Shown: positions 9,543 to 19,167 of the stretch, piece by piece
Layout: each line of letters begins with the position of its first letter
How positions within the stretch are numbered: the stretch's first letter is position 1
Origin: Deltaproteobacteria bacterium
GTDB taxonomy: Bacteria; Bdellovibrionota; JACOXK01; 2-02-FULL-40-11
Reading direction: 5' to 3'
NCBI GenBank assembly: GCA_016193105.1
Contig: JACPSU010000103.1
Span: 1 to 39,895, forward strand
Length of the DNA: 39,895 nucleotides
The notes under the pieces: generated by a model
What the model was told of the DNA's origin: nothing
What the model saw: only the letters and a program-made list of their open reading frames with translations
The model's database searches: none
Position numbers and translations under genes: made by a program

Positions 9543-10898
9543 ATGATCTTAAAAAATAAAAAAGTTGTTATTATCGGGCTTGCCAGAAGTGGAGTGGCTG
9601 TAGCGCAATTTGCAACGCAACGCGGAGCGAAGGTTACGGTGACAGATTTGAAGACCAAAGCAGAGCTTCAATCTTATCTTAAACTTTTGGCACCGTATAA
9701 AAAGATCAAATATGAATTGGGGCGGCATCCTTTAAAAACTCTTTTGGCGGCAGATCTTTTTGTAGTGAGTCCTGGTGTTCCATTGACCAACCCTTTGATT
9801 GAACAAGCAGTTAAGAAAAATAAAAAAATAATGAGTGAAATTGAATTTGCATTTCAATTTATTACTGTCCCCATTATTGCTGTGACTGGAACTAATGGCA
9901 AAACGACAACAACGATGATGATTGGAGAAATGCTAAAAAATGCCAAGAAAAAAGTTTTTGTAGGGGGAAATATTGGCAATGCCTTGACCAACATGCTTTT
10001 AAGTAAAGAAAAATATCAGGTTGCTGTAGCTGAAGTGAGTAGCTTCCAATTGGAACATGTTTCAAGTTTTCAGCCTAAGGTTGCGCTCATTCTTAATGTG
10101 ACCCCCGATCATTTAGATCGCCATGGTTCAATGGAAAATTATCGAAAGGTGAAAGGGCGCATTTTTCAAAATCAAAGAGCTACGGATGCTCTCATTTTAA
10201 ATGCTGATGATGAACTTGTAAAAACATATGCTCTAGAATCAAAATCACATGCTTATTTTTTTGGAAAAGGGGGGCTCTCGGAAGGACAAGAGGGGGTCTA
10301 TTATAAAGAAGGCCGTTTTTATCTAAAGACCAAAGAGCTGGGACGAGAACAATATGTGACAGATCAAGTTAAGGTGAAGGGAGATCACAACAAGGAAAAT
10401 TTTATGGCCTCCCTTTTGGCAGCTAAAATTTTAAAATGTTCTCCGGAAGCCATTCAGACGACGCTGAATAATTTCCAAGGAGTTACTCACCGTCTGGAAT
10501 ATGTGAAGACGAGAGGGTATGTGGAATTTTATAACGACTCTAAAGCAACCAACCCTTATTCTGTCATGAGATCTCTGGAGAGCTTTACAAAGCCGCTCAT
10601 TCTTATTATGGGAGGGAGGGATAAAGGCTGTGAGTTTGAAATTTTAAGACCTTTAATCCAACAAAAAGTAAAAAATCTCATTCTCTTAGGAGAGGCGAAA
10701 GAAAAAATAAATAGAGCCATTGGGGACTATACTGAAACTTTTCTAGTGGGAACGTTAGAGGAAGCTCTTTTTATGGCCTATCAAAAATCTCGAGCAGGAG
10801 ATGTTATCCTCTTTTCTCCAGGGTGTTCAAGTTTTGATATGTTTAAAAATTACGAAGATAGAGGCGATCGGTTTAAAGAGCTATTGCGAGATCTTTAA
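9543..10898 (+). CDS. murD: UDP-N-acetylmuramoylalanine--D-glutamate ligase
   Basis: N-terminal Rossmann motif (GLARSG), VTGTNGKTTT P-loop, dcw order. Confidence 0.92.
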   Translation: MILKNKKVVIIGLARSGVAVAQFATQRGAKVTVTDLKTKAELQSYLKLLAPYKKIKYELGRHPLKTLLAADLFVVSPGVPLTNPLIEQAVKKNKKIMSEIEFAFQFITVPIIAVTGTNGKTTTTMMIGEMLKNAKKKVFVGGNIGNALTNMLLSKEKYQVAVAEVSSFQLEHVSSFQPKVALILNVTPDHLDRHGSMENYRKVKGRIFQNQRATDALILNADDELVKTYALESKSHAYFFGKGGLSEGQEGVYYKEGRFYLKTKELGREQYVTDQVKVKGDHNKENFMASLLAAKILKCSPEAIQTTLNNFQGVTHRLEYVKTRGYVEFYNDSKATNPYSVMRSLESFTKPLILIMGGRDKGCEFEILRPLIQQKVKNLILLGEAKEKINRAIGDYTETFLVGTLEEALFMAYQKSRAGDVILFSPGCSSFDMFKNYEDRGDRFKELLRDL

Positions 10899-12011
10899 AT
10901 GAACCGCAAAATTCCTTTTGACTATTGGTTACTGGTCATTGTTTTTGCCCTTGTCCTAACAGGGATTGTGATTGTTTATAGCTCCAGCTCCATTTTAGCC
11001 TCTCAAAATTATAACGACAGTTATTTTTTTCTCAAAAGACAAGCTTTCTATGCCACATTTGGATTTTTAATTCTCATCGGGCTTTTGCTTGTAGACTATC
11101 ATCATTACTTTAAGATTATTTATCCTTTTTTATTTTTAAGTCTTATTTTGGTAGGAGCAGCCATGATTCCAGGGATCGGGCACCGCGTAGGGGGAGCTTC
11201 TCGATGGTTGGGAGTGGGAGGTTTTAGGTTCCAGCCTTCGGAGCTGGCCAAATATGCACTCATTTTTTATCTCGCCTATTCTTTGGCTAAAAAAGAAAGT
11301 TCCATTCGATCTTTTGCTGTTGGATTTGCCCCGCATTTGGTTGTTTCTGGTGTTTTTATCCTTCTTCTTTTGGCACAGCCTGATTTTGGTACAGCTATTT
11401 CTGTTTCCTTTATTGTATTTTTAATGCTTTTTGCAGCTGGAACGCGACTTTCTTATATTCTATCTGTACTTATTATTTCTTTGCCTTTGGTGGGATATGG
11501 AATGATGAGCGCTCCTTATCGTCGAAAAAGAATTTTAGCTTTTTTAAATCCCTGGGAAGATCCGGGGAATACCGGTTTCCAAATCATTCAATCCTTTTTG
11601 GCCTTTTATTCTGGAGGAATTTTTGGTTTGGGTTTAGGAGATGGAAGACAAGAACTTTTTTATCTTCCCGAAGCGCACACCGATTTTATTTTTTCGGTGT
11701 TGGGGGAGGAAGTGGGGCTCATAGGGGTCATGGGAGTTTTAGTTCTTTTTATTCTTTTTTTATATCGAGGCATCAGAATTGCTTTGAAAGCCCCAGATCT
11801 TTTTGGAACGTATTTGGCTTTAGGCATTACAACCCTTATTGGTTTTCAAGCTATTACCAATATTGGGGTTGTTATGGGACTTTTACCGACAAAAGGCCTT
11901 GCGCTTCCTTTTTTAAGCTACGGAGGAACCTCTCTTATTTGTAATTTAGCGGGCATAGGAATTCTTTTAAATATATCTGTTCAACAACAGGAAGTTTCGC
12001 AAAGACTATGA
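10899..12011 (+). CDS. ftsW: SEDS-family peptidoglycan polymerase / lipid II flippase FtsW
   Basis: About 10 TM segments, motifs FQPSELAKYALI and LPTKGLALPFLSYGGTS. Lies between murD and murG. Confidence 0.9.
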   Translation: MNRKIPFDYWLLVIVFALVLTGIVIVYSSSSILASQNYNDSYFFLKRQAFYATFGFLILIGLLLVDYHHYFKIIYPFLFLSLILVGAAMIPGIGHRVGGASRWLGVGGFRFQPSELAKYALIFYLAYSLAKKESSIRSFAVGFAPHLVVSGVFILLLLAQPDFGTAISVSFIVFLMLFAAGTRLSYILSVLIISLPLVGYGMMSAPYRRKRILAFLNPWEDPGNTGFQIIQSFLAFYSGGIFGLGLGDGRQELFYLPEAHTDFIFSVLGEEVGLIGVMGVLVLFILFLYRGIRIALKAPDLFGTYLALGITTLIGFQAITNIGVVMGLLPTKGLALPFLSYGGTSLICNLAGIGILLNISVQQQEVSQRL

Positions 12012-13096
12012 AACTTCTCATCGCAGGGGGTGGAACCGGTGGCCATCTTTTTCCAGGCATTGCAATTGTCCAAGAACTTTTATCCCGTAGCCCTTCTCAC
12101 GAAGTTCTCTTTGTGGGAACTAAAAAGGGGATGGAAGTTTCACTCCTCCCTAAATTTAATCTTCCTTTAAAATGTATTCATATTTCAGGGTTAAAAGGCA
12201 AATCATGGGGAGAAAAGCTGTATACTCTTTTTTTAATTCCTCTGTCCATTATTCAGTCTTTTTTCATTGTGAAAAAAATGAACCCGGATGTGGTCTTAGG
12301 GGTTGGAGGCTATGCGAGTTTTTCAGTCCTTGTGGCTTCTTTTTTTCTTCGGAAAAAAAGAGCCATTCAAGAACAAAATTTAAAACCTGGACTCACCAAT
12401 CGTCTTTTATCTCGTATTGCGCAAAAGATTTTTGTCAGCTTTGAAGAGTCTCTTTCTTATTTTCCTTCTGAAAAATGTATCGTCACTGGAAATCCTGTCA
12501 GAAAATTTCCTAAAAGTCCGGGTCATTCCGAGCATAGCCGTCATTCCGAACGTAGTGAGGAATCTCCTTTTACAGTTTTTATTTTTGGAGGAAGTCAGGG
12601 AGCCCACTCCTTAAATCGTGCTGTTTTAGATGCTCTTCCTTATTTAGAGCTTTTAAAAGATAAGCTTCATGTGATTCATCAAACTGGAAAATCAGATTTA
12701 AAATGGGTGGCTTCTACCTATTTTCAGCATCAATGGAAAGCAGAGGTGTATGATTTTCTTTATGATATGGAAAAAATATTTTCAGTTTCAGACTATGTGA
12801 TTTGTCGTGCAGGAGCTTCTTCAGTTTCGGAACTTGCACTTTTAGGAAAAGCCTGTCTTTTTGTTCCCTATCCCTATGCGGCCCATAATCACCAAGAAGA
12901 AAATGCGAGAACTCTTGAAAAAAAGGGAGCCTGCCGTGTGATTTTAGATTGGCAACTCAATGGTCATCAGCTGGCCAAGGAAATTCGCTATGCCTATGAC
13001 CATCCTCGCGAACTCGAAGAGATGAGCAAAAAAATCATCTCTTTTTCCCACCCCTACGCTGCTCAAGCTATCGTCGATCAGCTTTTATCGTTCTAA
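12008..13096 (+). CDS. murG: undecaprenyldiphospho-muramoylpentapeptide beta-N-acetylglucosaminyltransferase
   Basis: GGTGGHLFP N-terminal motif, GGSQGA second-domain motif, ...HQEENA. ATGA overlap with ftsW. Confidence 0.93.
   Translation: MKLLIAGGGTGGHLFPGIAIVQELLSRSPSHEVLFVGTKKGMEVSLLPKFNLPLKCIHISGLKGKSWGEKLYTLFLIPLSIIQSFFIVKKMNPDVVLGVGGYASFSVLVASFFLRKKRAIQEQNLKPGLTNRLLSRIAQKIFVSFEESLSYFPSEKCIVTGNPVRKFPKSPGHSEHSRHSERSEESPFTVFIFGGSQGAHSLNRAVLDALPYLELLKDKLHVIHQTGKSDLKWVASTYFQHQWKAEVYDFLYDMEKIFSVSDYVICRAGASSVSELALLGKACLFVPYPYAAHNHQEENARTLEKKGACRVILDWQLNGHQLAKEIRYAYDHPRELEEMSKKIISFSHPYAAQAIVDQLLSF
12522..12567 (+). repeat. ~46-nt small palindromic repeat element inserted in frame in the MurG inter-domain linker
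   Basis: GTCATTCCGAGCATAGCC+GTCATTCCGAACGTAGTGAGGAATCTCC: the head is duplicated and there is a 5-bp stem, ATTCC/GGAAT. It encodes GHSEHSRHSERSEESP immediately before the FTVFIFGGSQGA domain start. Confidence 0.6.
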
Positions 13097-13149
13097 GTTC
13101 TTTTACTTTTTAAATGAAAAGTAGGGGTAAAATATGATAGACGGTAGAT

Positions 13150-14523
13150 ATGTACAAAAATTTTAATCATGCACATTTTGTAGGGATTGGGGGCATTGGG
13201 ATGAGTGGGATTGCCGAGGTGCTTTTAAATCTTGGCTATAAAGTGAGCGGTTCAGATCTTTCAGCGACAGAAATTACAAAACATCTTAAAAGTTTGGGAG
13301 CCACCATCTATGTGGGGCACAAGGCCAGTCATATTAAAAAACCAGATGTCGTTGTGATCTCTTCTGCTGTATCCAAAACAAATCCCGAAGTTTTAAAAGC
13401 AAAAAAACTTAAAATCCCTGTCATCCCGAGAGCCGAGATGCTGGCTGAACTCATGCGGATGAAATATGGGATTGCTATTGCTGGAACTCATGGAAAAACA
13501 ACGACAACCTCTGTGGCAGGGACGCTGCTAGCCAGCTGTGGAATTGATCCAACCGTGGTGATTGGGGGAAGGCTCAATCGCTGGGGCACGAATGCAAAAT
13601 TGGGGCAAGGGCCTTTTTTAGTCGCTGAGGCAGATGAAAGCGATGGCTCTTTTAATTTACTCACTCCTACAATTGCAGTCGTCACTAATATCGACGCAGA
13701 TCATTTAGATTATTATAAAAATTTTAATGCGATTAAAGATGCGTTTACCACCTTTTTAAATCGTCTCCCTTTTTATGGCGTGGGGATTGTCTGTGGAGAT
13801 GATAAACCTATTCTTTCGATTTTACCTCGAGTCAATAAACGGATTGTGACCTATGGGATCTCTCAAAAATGTGATTTCCAGGCCAGGCATATTGTGCTTC
13901 AAGGCATTGTCAGTTCTTTTGATCTCTATTTTAAGGGAAAAAAGTTAGGGCATTTTTTGATTAAAGCTCCAGGGATCCACAATGTGAAGAATGCGTTGGC
14001 TTGCATTATTGTGGGGCTGGAGCTCAATCTCCCATTACCTAAGATTAAAAAAGGACTTCTGAGTTATACCGGTGTTCAGCGGCGCTTTCACATTCGAGGA
14101 GAAGTGGATGGGATTACTGTTATGGATGATTATGGGCATCATCCCACAGAAATTAAAGTAACGCTTGAGGCTTGCAAGAAGGTATGGCCCAAAAGGCGCC
14201 TAGTGGTGATGTTTCAACCTCATCGCTATACCCGAACCCGAGATCTTATGAAGGAGTTTTCAGGGGCTTTTCAAAAGGCGGAACTTTTGCTATTAACAGA
14301 AATCTACCCCGCAGGAGAAAAACCCATTCTTGGGATTACCTCTGAAAAGTTATATAAGATGATTCAAAAAAAACATAAGCATGTCACGCTCATCAATGGC
14401 CGCAGAGTTCTATGGCATGAGGTTGAAAAAGTTGCGAGACGCGGAGATGTGGTTTTAATGCTAGGAGCAGGGGATGTGTGGAAAAGTGGAGTTGAGTTTT
14501 TGGAAATGGCAAGAAAATCATGA
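13150..14523 (+). CDS. murC: UDP-N-acetylmuramate--L-alanine ligase
   Basis: HFVGIGGIGMSGIAEVL N-terminus, AGTHGKTTTT P-loop, DDYGHHPTEI motif. Confidence 0.94.
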   Translation: MYKNFNHAHFVGIGGIGMSGIAEVLLNLGYKVSGSDLSATEITKHLKSLGATIYVGHKASHIKKPDVVVISSAVSKTNPEVLKAKKLKIPVIPRAEMLAELMRMKYGIAIAGTHGKTTTTSVAGTLLASCGIDPTVVIGGRLNRWGTNAKLGQGPFLVAEADESDGSFNLLTPTIAVVTNIDADHLDYYKNFNAIKDAFTTFLNRLPFYGVGIVCGDDKPILSILPRVNKRIVTYGISQKCDFQARHIVLQGIVSSFDLYFKGKKLGHFLIKAPGIHNVKNALACIIVGLELNLPLPKIKKGLLSYTGVQRRFHIRGEVDGITVMDDYGHHPTEIKVTLEACKKVWPKRRLVVMFQPHRYTRTRDLMKEFSGAFQKAELLLLTEIYPAGEKPILGITSEKLYKMIQKKHKHVTLINGRRVLWHEVEKVARRGDVVLMLGAGDVWKSGVEFLEMARKS

Positions 14524-15446
14524 TTGCTGAATCTTTGCTTTCCTCTCTTCGGGGAAAGGTTTTTTGGAATGAGCCTTTGAGTACCCACACATCTTTTAAG
14601 AGTGGTGGGCGAGTGAAGGCCTATCTTTTTCCTGAAGATTGTGCAGAAGTTTGTACCCTGATTCGTGCATTTCAAGAAGATCGAATGCCCTATCAAGTTT
14701 TAGGAGATGGATCTAATTTTTTACCGAGCGACGAAGATTTTTCAGGTGCAATTTTAAATTTAGCTAATTTAAATTCCATTTCTATTTTAGAAGAGACTCA
14801 AGAGCATGTTTTAGTTCAAGTTGGAGCGGGAGTCGGAAAACAAAAACTTCTTTTTTGGTCTGTAGAAAACGGTTTTTCAGGGTTAGAATTTTTAAGTGGT
14901 ATTCCGGGTCAAGTGGGAGGAGGCCTGTTTATGAATGCAGGAACCCATTTGGGAAGTTTCTCAAATGTAACCCAAAAAGTTTTTTTAGTGAATCAGCAAG
15001 GGGAAGCAGAGGAAAAAGTTTTGAGTTCAGATGACTTTTCTTATCGTGCGCAATCATTTGCAAAAAATAAAATCATTGTGGGGGGTGTGCTTCGGTTGAC
15101 CCACGGAAATCGAGAAGAAATGGAAGCAAAAGTACGCAAAATGATGGCGGAGCGAAAAGCGACTCAGCCCCTTCATTCTCCCAATTTCGGATCGGTATTT
15201 AAAAATCCTGTCGGATTTTCTGCCGGAAAATTAATTGAATCGGTAGGGCTGAAGGGATATCGCGTGGGCAATGCGATGATTTCTCCCAAACATGCTAATT
15301 TTATTGTAAATTTAGGTGGAGCAACGGCCAAAGATGTTTTATCTTTAGTTGACCATGCTAAAAAAACGGTGAAAGAATGTAAAGGAGTTGAACTTCAGGA
15401 AGAGGTGGTCATTGCTTCCCGGGCACATTCGGCAAGACATTCCTAA
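14520..15446 (+). CDS. murB: UDP-N-acetylenolpyruvoylglucosamine reductase
   Basis: FAD-binding-type N-terminal domain (..LSTHTSFKSGG..), GSVFKNP motif. ATGA overlap with murC. Confidence 0.88.
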   Translation: MIAESLLSSLRGKVFWNEPLSTHTSFKSGGRVKAYLFPEDCAEVCTLIRAFQEDRMPYQVLGDGSNFLPSDEDFSGAILNLANLNSISILEETQEHVLVQVGAGVGKQKLLFWSVENGFSGLEFLSGIPGQVGGGLFMNAGTHLGSFSNVTQKVFLVNQQGEAEEKVLSSDDFSYRAQSFAKNKIIVGGVLRLTHGNREEMEAKVRKMMAERKATQPLHSPNFGSVFKNPVGFSAGKLIESVGLKGYRVGNAMISPKHANFIVNLGGATAKDVLSLVDHAKKTVKECKGVELQEEVVIASRAHSARHS

Positions 15447-16182
15447 AAGTAGTCATCGCAAGAAAAAAATAGTTTTCTTTTTTGTGTTTCTGTTGTTTGC
15501 AGGAGCTTTGACCTATGGGGTTTCATCTTGGGTGTGGCCTCAGCTTAAAAAAAGTTCTTTTTTTTCATTTAAAGAAAGTGTGGTTTTAGCTACGGAGCAT
15601 ATTTCTGAAGAAGAGCTACGGGCTTTGGTTCGCATTCCATTGGGCAAAAATATTTTTGATGTTGATTTAACGACTTTAGAGACGACGATGAAAAAACACC
15701 CTTGGATTGAAACAGCTAAAGTCTTTCGCATGCTTCCCAATAAAATTAAATTTATCGTCGAAGAAAAAAAACCTGTGGCGCTCTTATCGCAAGACTCTCT
15801 TCATTTTTTGGATGCGGGAGGGAAAAAAATTGCCCCCGTTCGTGCAGGAGAAAATACAGATTTCTTAATTGTCTCTGGTTTGAAGGCCTCACAAGTGGAA
15901 AGTGGAGCGCTGGTGTTACAAGCGTATGAATTGGCCGAGGAGTATCAAAAAAATGAGTTTTTAAAAGACTTCATTTTGTCTGAAGTTCATTGGGACGAGA
16001 CTCTAGGTTTTTTTCTTTTTACAAAACAGCCTTCTTTTGAAATTCGGGTGGGAAAAGATGAGTATTCTAAGAAATTTTTGCGTCTCCAAACAGTGCTTAA
16101 AGATTTAGCACATAAGTCTTTGGCCCCAAGGCTCGTAGATCTTAATTATTCCAAAAAAGTTGTTGTCAAGCTCTCAAAATAG
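15388..16182 (+). CDS. ftsQ: cell division protein FtsQ (POTRA domain)
   Basis: Basic N-terminus, one TM (IVFFFVFLLFAGALTYGV), POTRA-like segment, position before ftsA. The start is uncertain: TTG 15388 comes from the ORF track, but in-frame TTG 15412 has a better-spaced purine-rich SD (ggaagagg). Either start overlaps the murB 3' end. Confidence 0.75.
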   Translation: MNFRKRWSLLPGHIRQDIPKSSHRKKKIVFFFVFLLFAGALTYGVSSWVWPQLKKSSFFSFKESVVLATEHISEEELRALVRIPLGKNIFDVDLTTLETTMKKHPWIETAKVFRMLPNKIKFIVEEKKPVALLSQDSLHFLDAGGKKIAPVRAGENTDFLIVSGLKASQVESGALVLQAYELAEEYQKNEFLKDFILSEVHWDETLGFFLFTKQPSFEIRVGKDEYSKKFLRLQTVLKDLAHKSLAPRLVDLNYSKKVVVKLSK

Positions 16183-16286
16183 TGTCAATCTATAATAAAT
16201 TCCTATGTTTATAGGGTTGTGTGGGTGTTGTTTAAGGGATCTAAAATGGCAATGGTAGTGTAAGGTATTGTAGGGAAATTATTTTC

Positions 16287-17513
16287 ATGCCCAAAAAAGG
16301 TGAGATCATAGTTGGACTAGATATTGGGACAACCAAAATCTGTGCCATTGTGGGTGAAAAAACAGATGCAGGCATTGATATCGTTGGAATTGGGACATCT
16401 GTTTCCACGGGCCTAAGAAAAGGTGTGGTCATCAATATCGATTCCACCGTCGAATCCATCAAAAAAGCTGTCGAAGAAGCAGAGCTCATGGCAGGCGTTG
16501 AGATTAACTCTGTCTATTGCGGAATTGCAGGTGGGCACATCAAAGGCTTCAATAGTCACGGCATTGTGGCTGTGAAAGAAAAAGAAGTAAAAGATTCCGA
16601 TTTAAGACGTGTGATCGATGCGGCCAAAGCGGTGGCCATTCCTCTGGATCGCGAAGTGATTCATGTGATTCCTCAAGAATATATTATCGATGATCAAGAT
16701 GGCATTAAAGAACCTTTGGGGATGAGTGGGGTTCGTCTCGAAGCCAAAGTACACATTGTAACTGGAGCTGTTTCTTCTGCTCAAAATATTATTAAATGCG
16801 CTAATCGCACGGGACTCAACGTTTCTGACATTGTCCTTCAGCAAATAGCCTCTAGCGAAGCTGTTTTAAATAACGACGAAAAAGAATTGGGAGTAGCGCT
16901 TATTGATATTGGCGGTGGAACGACAGACATTGCGATTTTTTCTGGGGGGAGCATTGTTCACACGGCTGTTTTATCCTTAGGGGGAAATCACATTACCAAT
17001 GATTTGGCTGTGGGACTTCGCACGCCAACTCCAGATGCTGAAAAATTAAAAATTAATTACGGCTGTGCCATGACTTCCATGATCGATAAAGATCAATTCG
17101 TGGAAGTACAAACAGTGGGGGGGAAAAGATCTCGAACATTTTCTAAAAAAGAACTTTCAGAAATTATTGAGCCCCGAGTGGAAGAAATTTTTTCTTTGGT
17201 TCAGCGAGAGATTATTAAAAGTGGCTATGAAGATTTATTAGCTTCAGGAGTTGTGATTACCGGGGGATGTACGTTGCTCTCAGGCATGCAAGAGTTGGCA
17301 GAGATGATCTTTGATTCACCTGTGAAAAAGGGAATTCCAAAAGGATTTGGGGGGCTTTTAGATATTGTGAGCTCTCCCATTTATGCAACGGGGGTGGGTC
17401 TTGTTCTTTATGGAAGTAAAGATGAGGCGAGCACCAAGTTTAAAATTAGAGAGAAAAATATTTATAACAAGGTCAAATCACGAATGATGGAGTGGATTAC
17501 TGAAATTTTTTAA
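16287..17513 (+). CDS. ftsA: cell division protein FtsA (actin-like ATPase)
   Basis: VGLDIGTTKICAIVGE phosphate-1 motif, DIGGGTTD phosphate-2 motif. Lies between ftsQ and ftsZ. Confidence 0.95.
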   Translation: MPKKGEIIVGLDIGTTKICAIVGEKTDAGIDIVGIGTSVSTGLRKGVVINIDSTVESIKKAVEEAELMAGVEINSVYCGIAGGHIKGFNSHGIVAVKEKEVKDSDLRRVIDAAKAVAIPLDREVIHVIPQEYIIDDQDGIKEPLGMSGVRLEAKVHIVTGAVSSAQNIIKCANRTGLNVSDIVLQQIASSEAVLNNDEKELGVALIDIGGGTTDIAIFSGGSIVHTAVLSLGGNHITNDLAVGLRTPTPDAEKLKINYGCAMTSMIDKDQFVEVQTVGGKRSRTFSKKELSEIIEPRVEEIFSLVQREIIKSGYEDLLASGVVITGGCTLLSGMQELAEMIFDSPVKKGIPKGFGGLLDIVSSPIYATGVGLVLYGSKDEASTKFKIREKNIYNKVKSRMMEWITEIF

Positions 17514-17546
17514 TGAATGGTAAATAAAGCCAAAAGGAGAAACCTC

Positions 17547-18722
17547 ATGTTTGAATTTGATGATAATCCAACATTAGGAGCAAAAATTAAAGTGATTGGT
17601 GTCGGAGGCGGAGGAAGTAACGCCGTTGAAACCATGGTGCGAGGAGGATTAGAAGGGGTCGAATTTATTATCGCCAATACCGATCGCCAAGCTCTGGAAG
17701 CATCCGAAGTTCCTCATCGTGTTCAGCTGGGTATGGGGCTTACGAAAGGATTAGGTGCAGGGGCAAATCCTGAGATTGGAAGAAATGCAGCACTGGAAGA
17801 TCACACCAAAATTGCTCAAATGCTGGAAGGTTCAGACATGGTTTTTGTAACGGCTGGAATGGGGGGAGGAACGGGAACGGGGGGAGCTCCTGTGATTGCT
17901 CAAATTGCCAAAGATGTGGGAGCCCTGACGGTTGGCGTTGTGACGAAGCCCTTTACCTTTGAAGGCAAGAAAAGAATGCGTCAAGCTGAAGCGGGGATCA
18001 AAGAACTTCGCCAAAATGTAGATACGTTGATTGTGATTCCCAACCAAAGACTCTTAACAATTGCCACACAACAAATGCCCCTTCTTGAGACTTTTAAAAA
18101 GTGTGATGAAGTTTTACTGCATGCGGTGCAAGGGATTTCAGATTTGATTAACATTCGAGGACTTATTAACTTAGATTTTGCTGATATTCGAACCATTATG
18201 CTTAATAAAGGGATGGCTCTCATGGGAACAGGCATCGGAGCCGGAGAAAATCGAGCGATTCAGGCGGCGACTTCTGCCATTTCCAGCCCTCTATTAGAAG
18301 ACATTACGATTGATGGAGCCACTGGAATTATCATTAATATTACAGGAGGGCCGTCGCTCAGTCTCTATGAAGTTAATGAAGCCTCAACACTTATTCAACA
18401 AGCGGCACATGAAGATGCTGAAATTATTTTTGGGGCGGTGATTGACGAGCATCTCAAAGATGATGTGCGTGTGACTGTTATTGCTACGGGATTTAAGAGA
18501 GCCGAAGAGCGAGAGCGCATTGGCCAAGTTTTTCCTCAGGCCCATCGTCCGACAGAAGAGGTGGTGTCTGTAAAGCCTCAGGCTCAGCCACAACCGGCCC
18601 AACCCCAAGCTCAGACGCCTAAGCGACCCGTTCGCGATATGGGAACATTAGGGTTGGATGATGATGAATACGATATCCCAACCTTCATCCGTCGCCAGAC
18701 ACAATCCGACATCGATCAATAA
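17547..18722 (+). CDS. ftsZ: cell division GTPase FtsZ
   Basis: [27 protein letters not shown] tubulin signature, P/Q-rich linker and a conserved C-terminal peptide (DIPTFIRRQ). ATG 17547 lies 7 nt after AAGGAG (17534-17539) and is preferred over ATG 17517. Confidence 0.95.
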   Translation: MFEFDDNPTLGAKIKVIGVGGGGSNAVETMVRGGLEGVEFIIANTDRQALEASEVPHRVQLGMGLTKGLGAGANPEIGRNAALEDHTKIAQMLEGSDMVFVTAGMGGGTGTGGAPVIAQIAKDVGALTVGVVTKPFTFEGKKRMRQAEAGIKELRQNVDTLIVIPNQRLLTIATQQMPLLETFKKCDEVLLHAVQGISDLINIRGLINLDFADIRTIMLNKGMALMGTGIGAGENRAIQAATSAISSPLLEDITIDGATGIIINITGGPSLSLYEVNEASTLIQQAAHEDAEIIFGAVIDEHLKDDVRVTVIATGFKRAEERERIGQVFPQAHRPTEEVVSVKPQAQPQPAQPQAQTPKRPVRDMGTLGLDDDEYDIPTFIRRQTQSDIDQ

Positions 18723-18725
18723 CGA

Positions 18726-19160
18726 TTAGCGTTTATTTAGGATGGCTGTGAGGACGTAAGTAAAAGCAGAGATATTGACATATTCCTCATAATCTAGCGT
18801 CCCATTGGGTTTTTTAATAAAATGGAAAGAATATACATTTTGATTTTCCTGGGAATGAATGAATAATTCATTTTCAGAAATGGTGCCGGCTTCTATTCCG
18901 TCTTTATTATAGAGTTTTCCATTAGAAATTTTAAATGATTCTGGATCTTGGGTAATTTCAAGCCATTCGCATTGAGCACCCCCCTTGATCAGATTTAGAT
19001 TTATCTCTGTTTGCTCAAATTGATAGTAAACCAATTCGCAAGGCTTTATGGATCCTGCTCTTTTGTCCTGTAGATGTCCGGCTCCTCGCCACGCTCCTTG
19101 AAATGAAGCGAATGCCGTTGAGCCCAGCAATAGACAGATGAAGCATAGAATCTTTCGCAT
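18726..19160 (-). CDS. small exported protein, unknown function
   Basis: 144-aa ORF with signal peptide MRKILCFICLLLGSTAFA. I recognise no family motif. Convergent with ftsZ, 3-nt gap. Confidence 0.55.
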   Translation of the reverse strand: MRKILCFICLLLGSTAFASFQGAWRGAGHLQDKRAGSIKPCELVYYQFEQTEINLNLIKGGAQCEWLEITQDPESFKISNGKLYNKDGIEAGTISENELFIHSQENQNVYSFHFIKKPNGTLDYEEYVNISAFTYVLTAILNKR

Positions 19161-19167
19161 AAGAAAT

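Noticed and set aside
12172-12614. Alternative-frame and antisense ORFs inside murG (12172-12444 +, 12417-12614 +, 12407-12607 -)
   Set aside because: They lie inside a gene with clear MurG motifs. The ones crossing 12522-12567 are simply the palindromic repeat translated in other frames.
13104-13123. Hairpin TACTTTT-TAAATG-AAAAGTA after murG as an intrinsic terminator
   Set aside because: The stem is only 7 bp and nearly all A/T, no T-tract follows, and it sits inside a cluster that is normally co-transcribed.
13420-13437. GTCATCCCGAGAGCCGAG in murC (and GTCATTCC at 23035-23042 in the BMC-H gene) resembling the head of the small palindromic repeat
   Set aside because: These encode the conserved motifs PVIPRAEMLAEL (MurC) and HVIPRPH (BMC domain). 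They lack the complementary GGAWTC tail, so the similarity is coincidental.
14364-14696. 110-aa minus-strand ORF across the murC/murB junction
   Set aside because: It is antisense to two strongly supported genes, has no motifs and has a biased composition, so it is a shadow ORF.
17517-17546. Upstream ATG (17517) giving a 10-residue extension of FtsZ
   Set aside because: No SD precedes it (it lies 3 nt after the ftsA stop). ATG 17547 has AAGGAG at optimal spacing and yields the usual FtsZ N-terminus.
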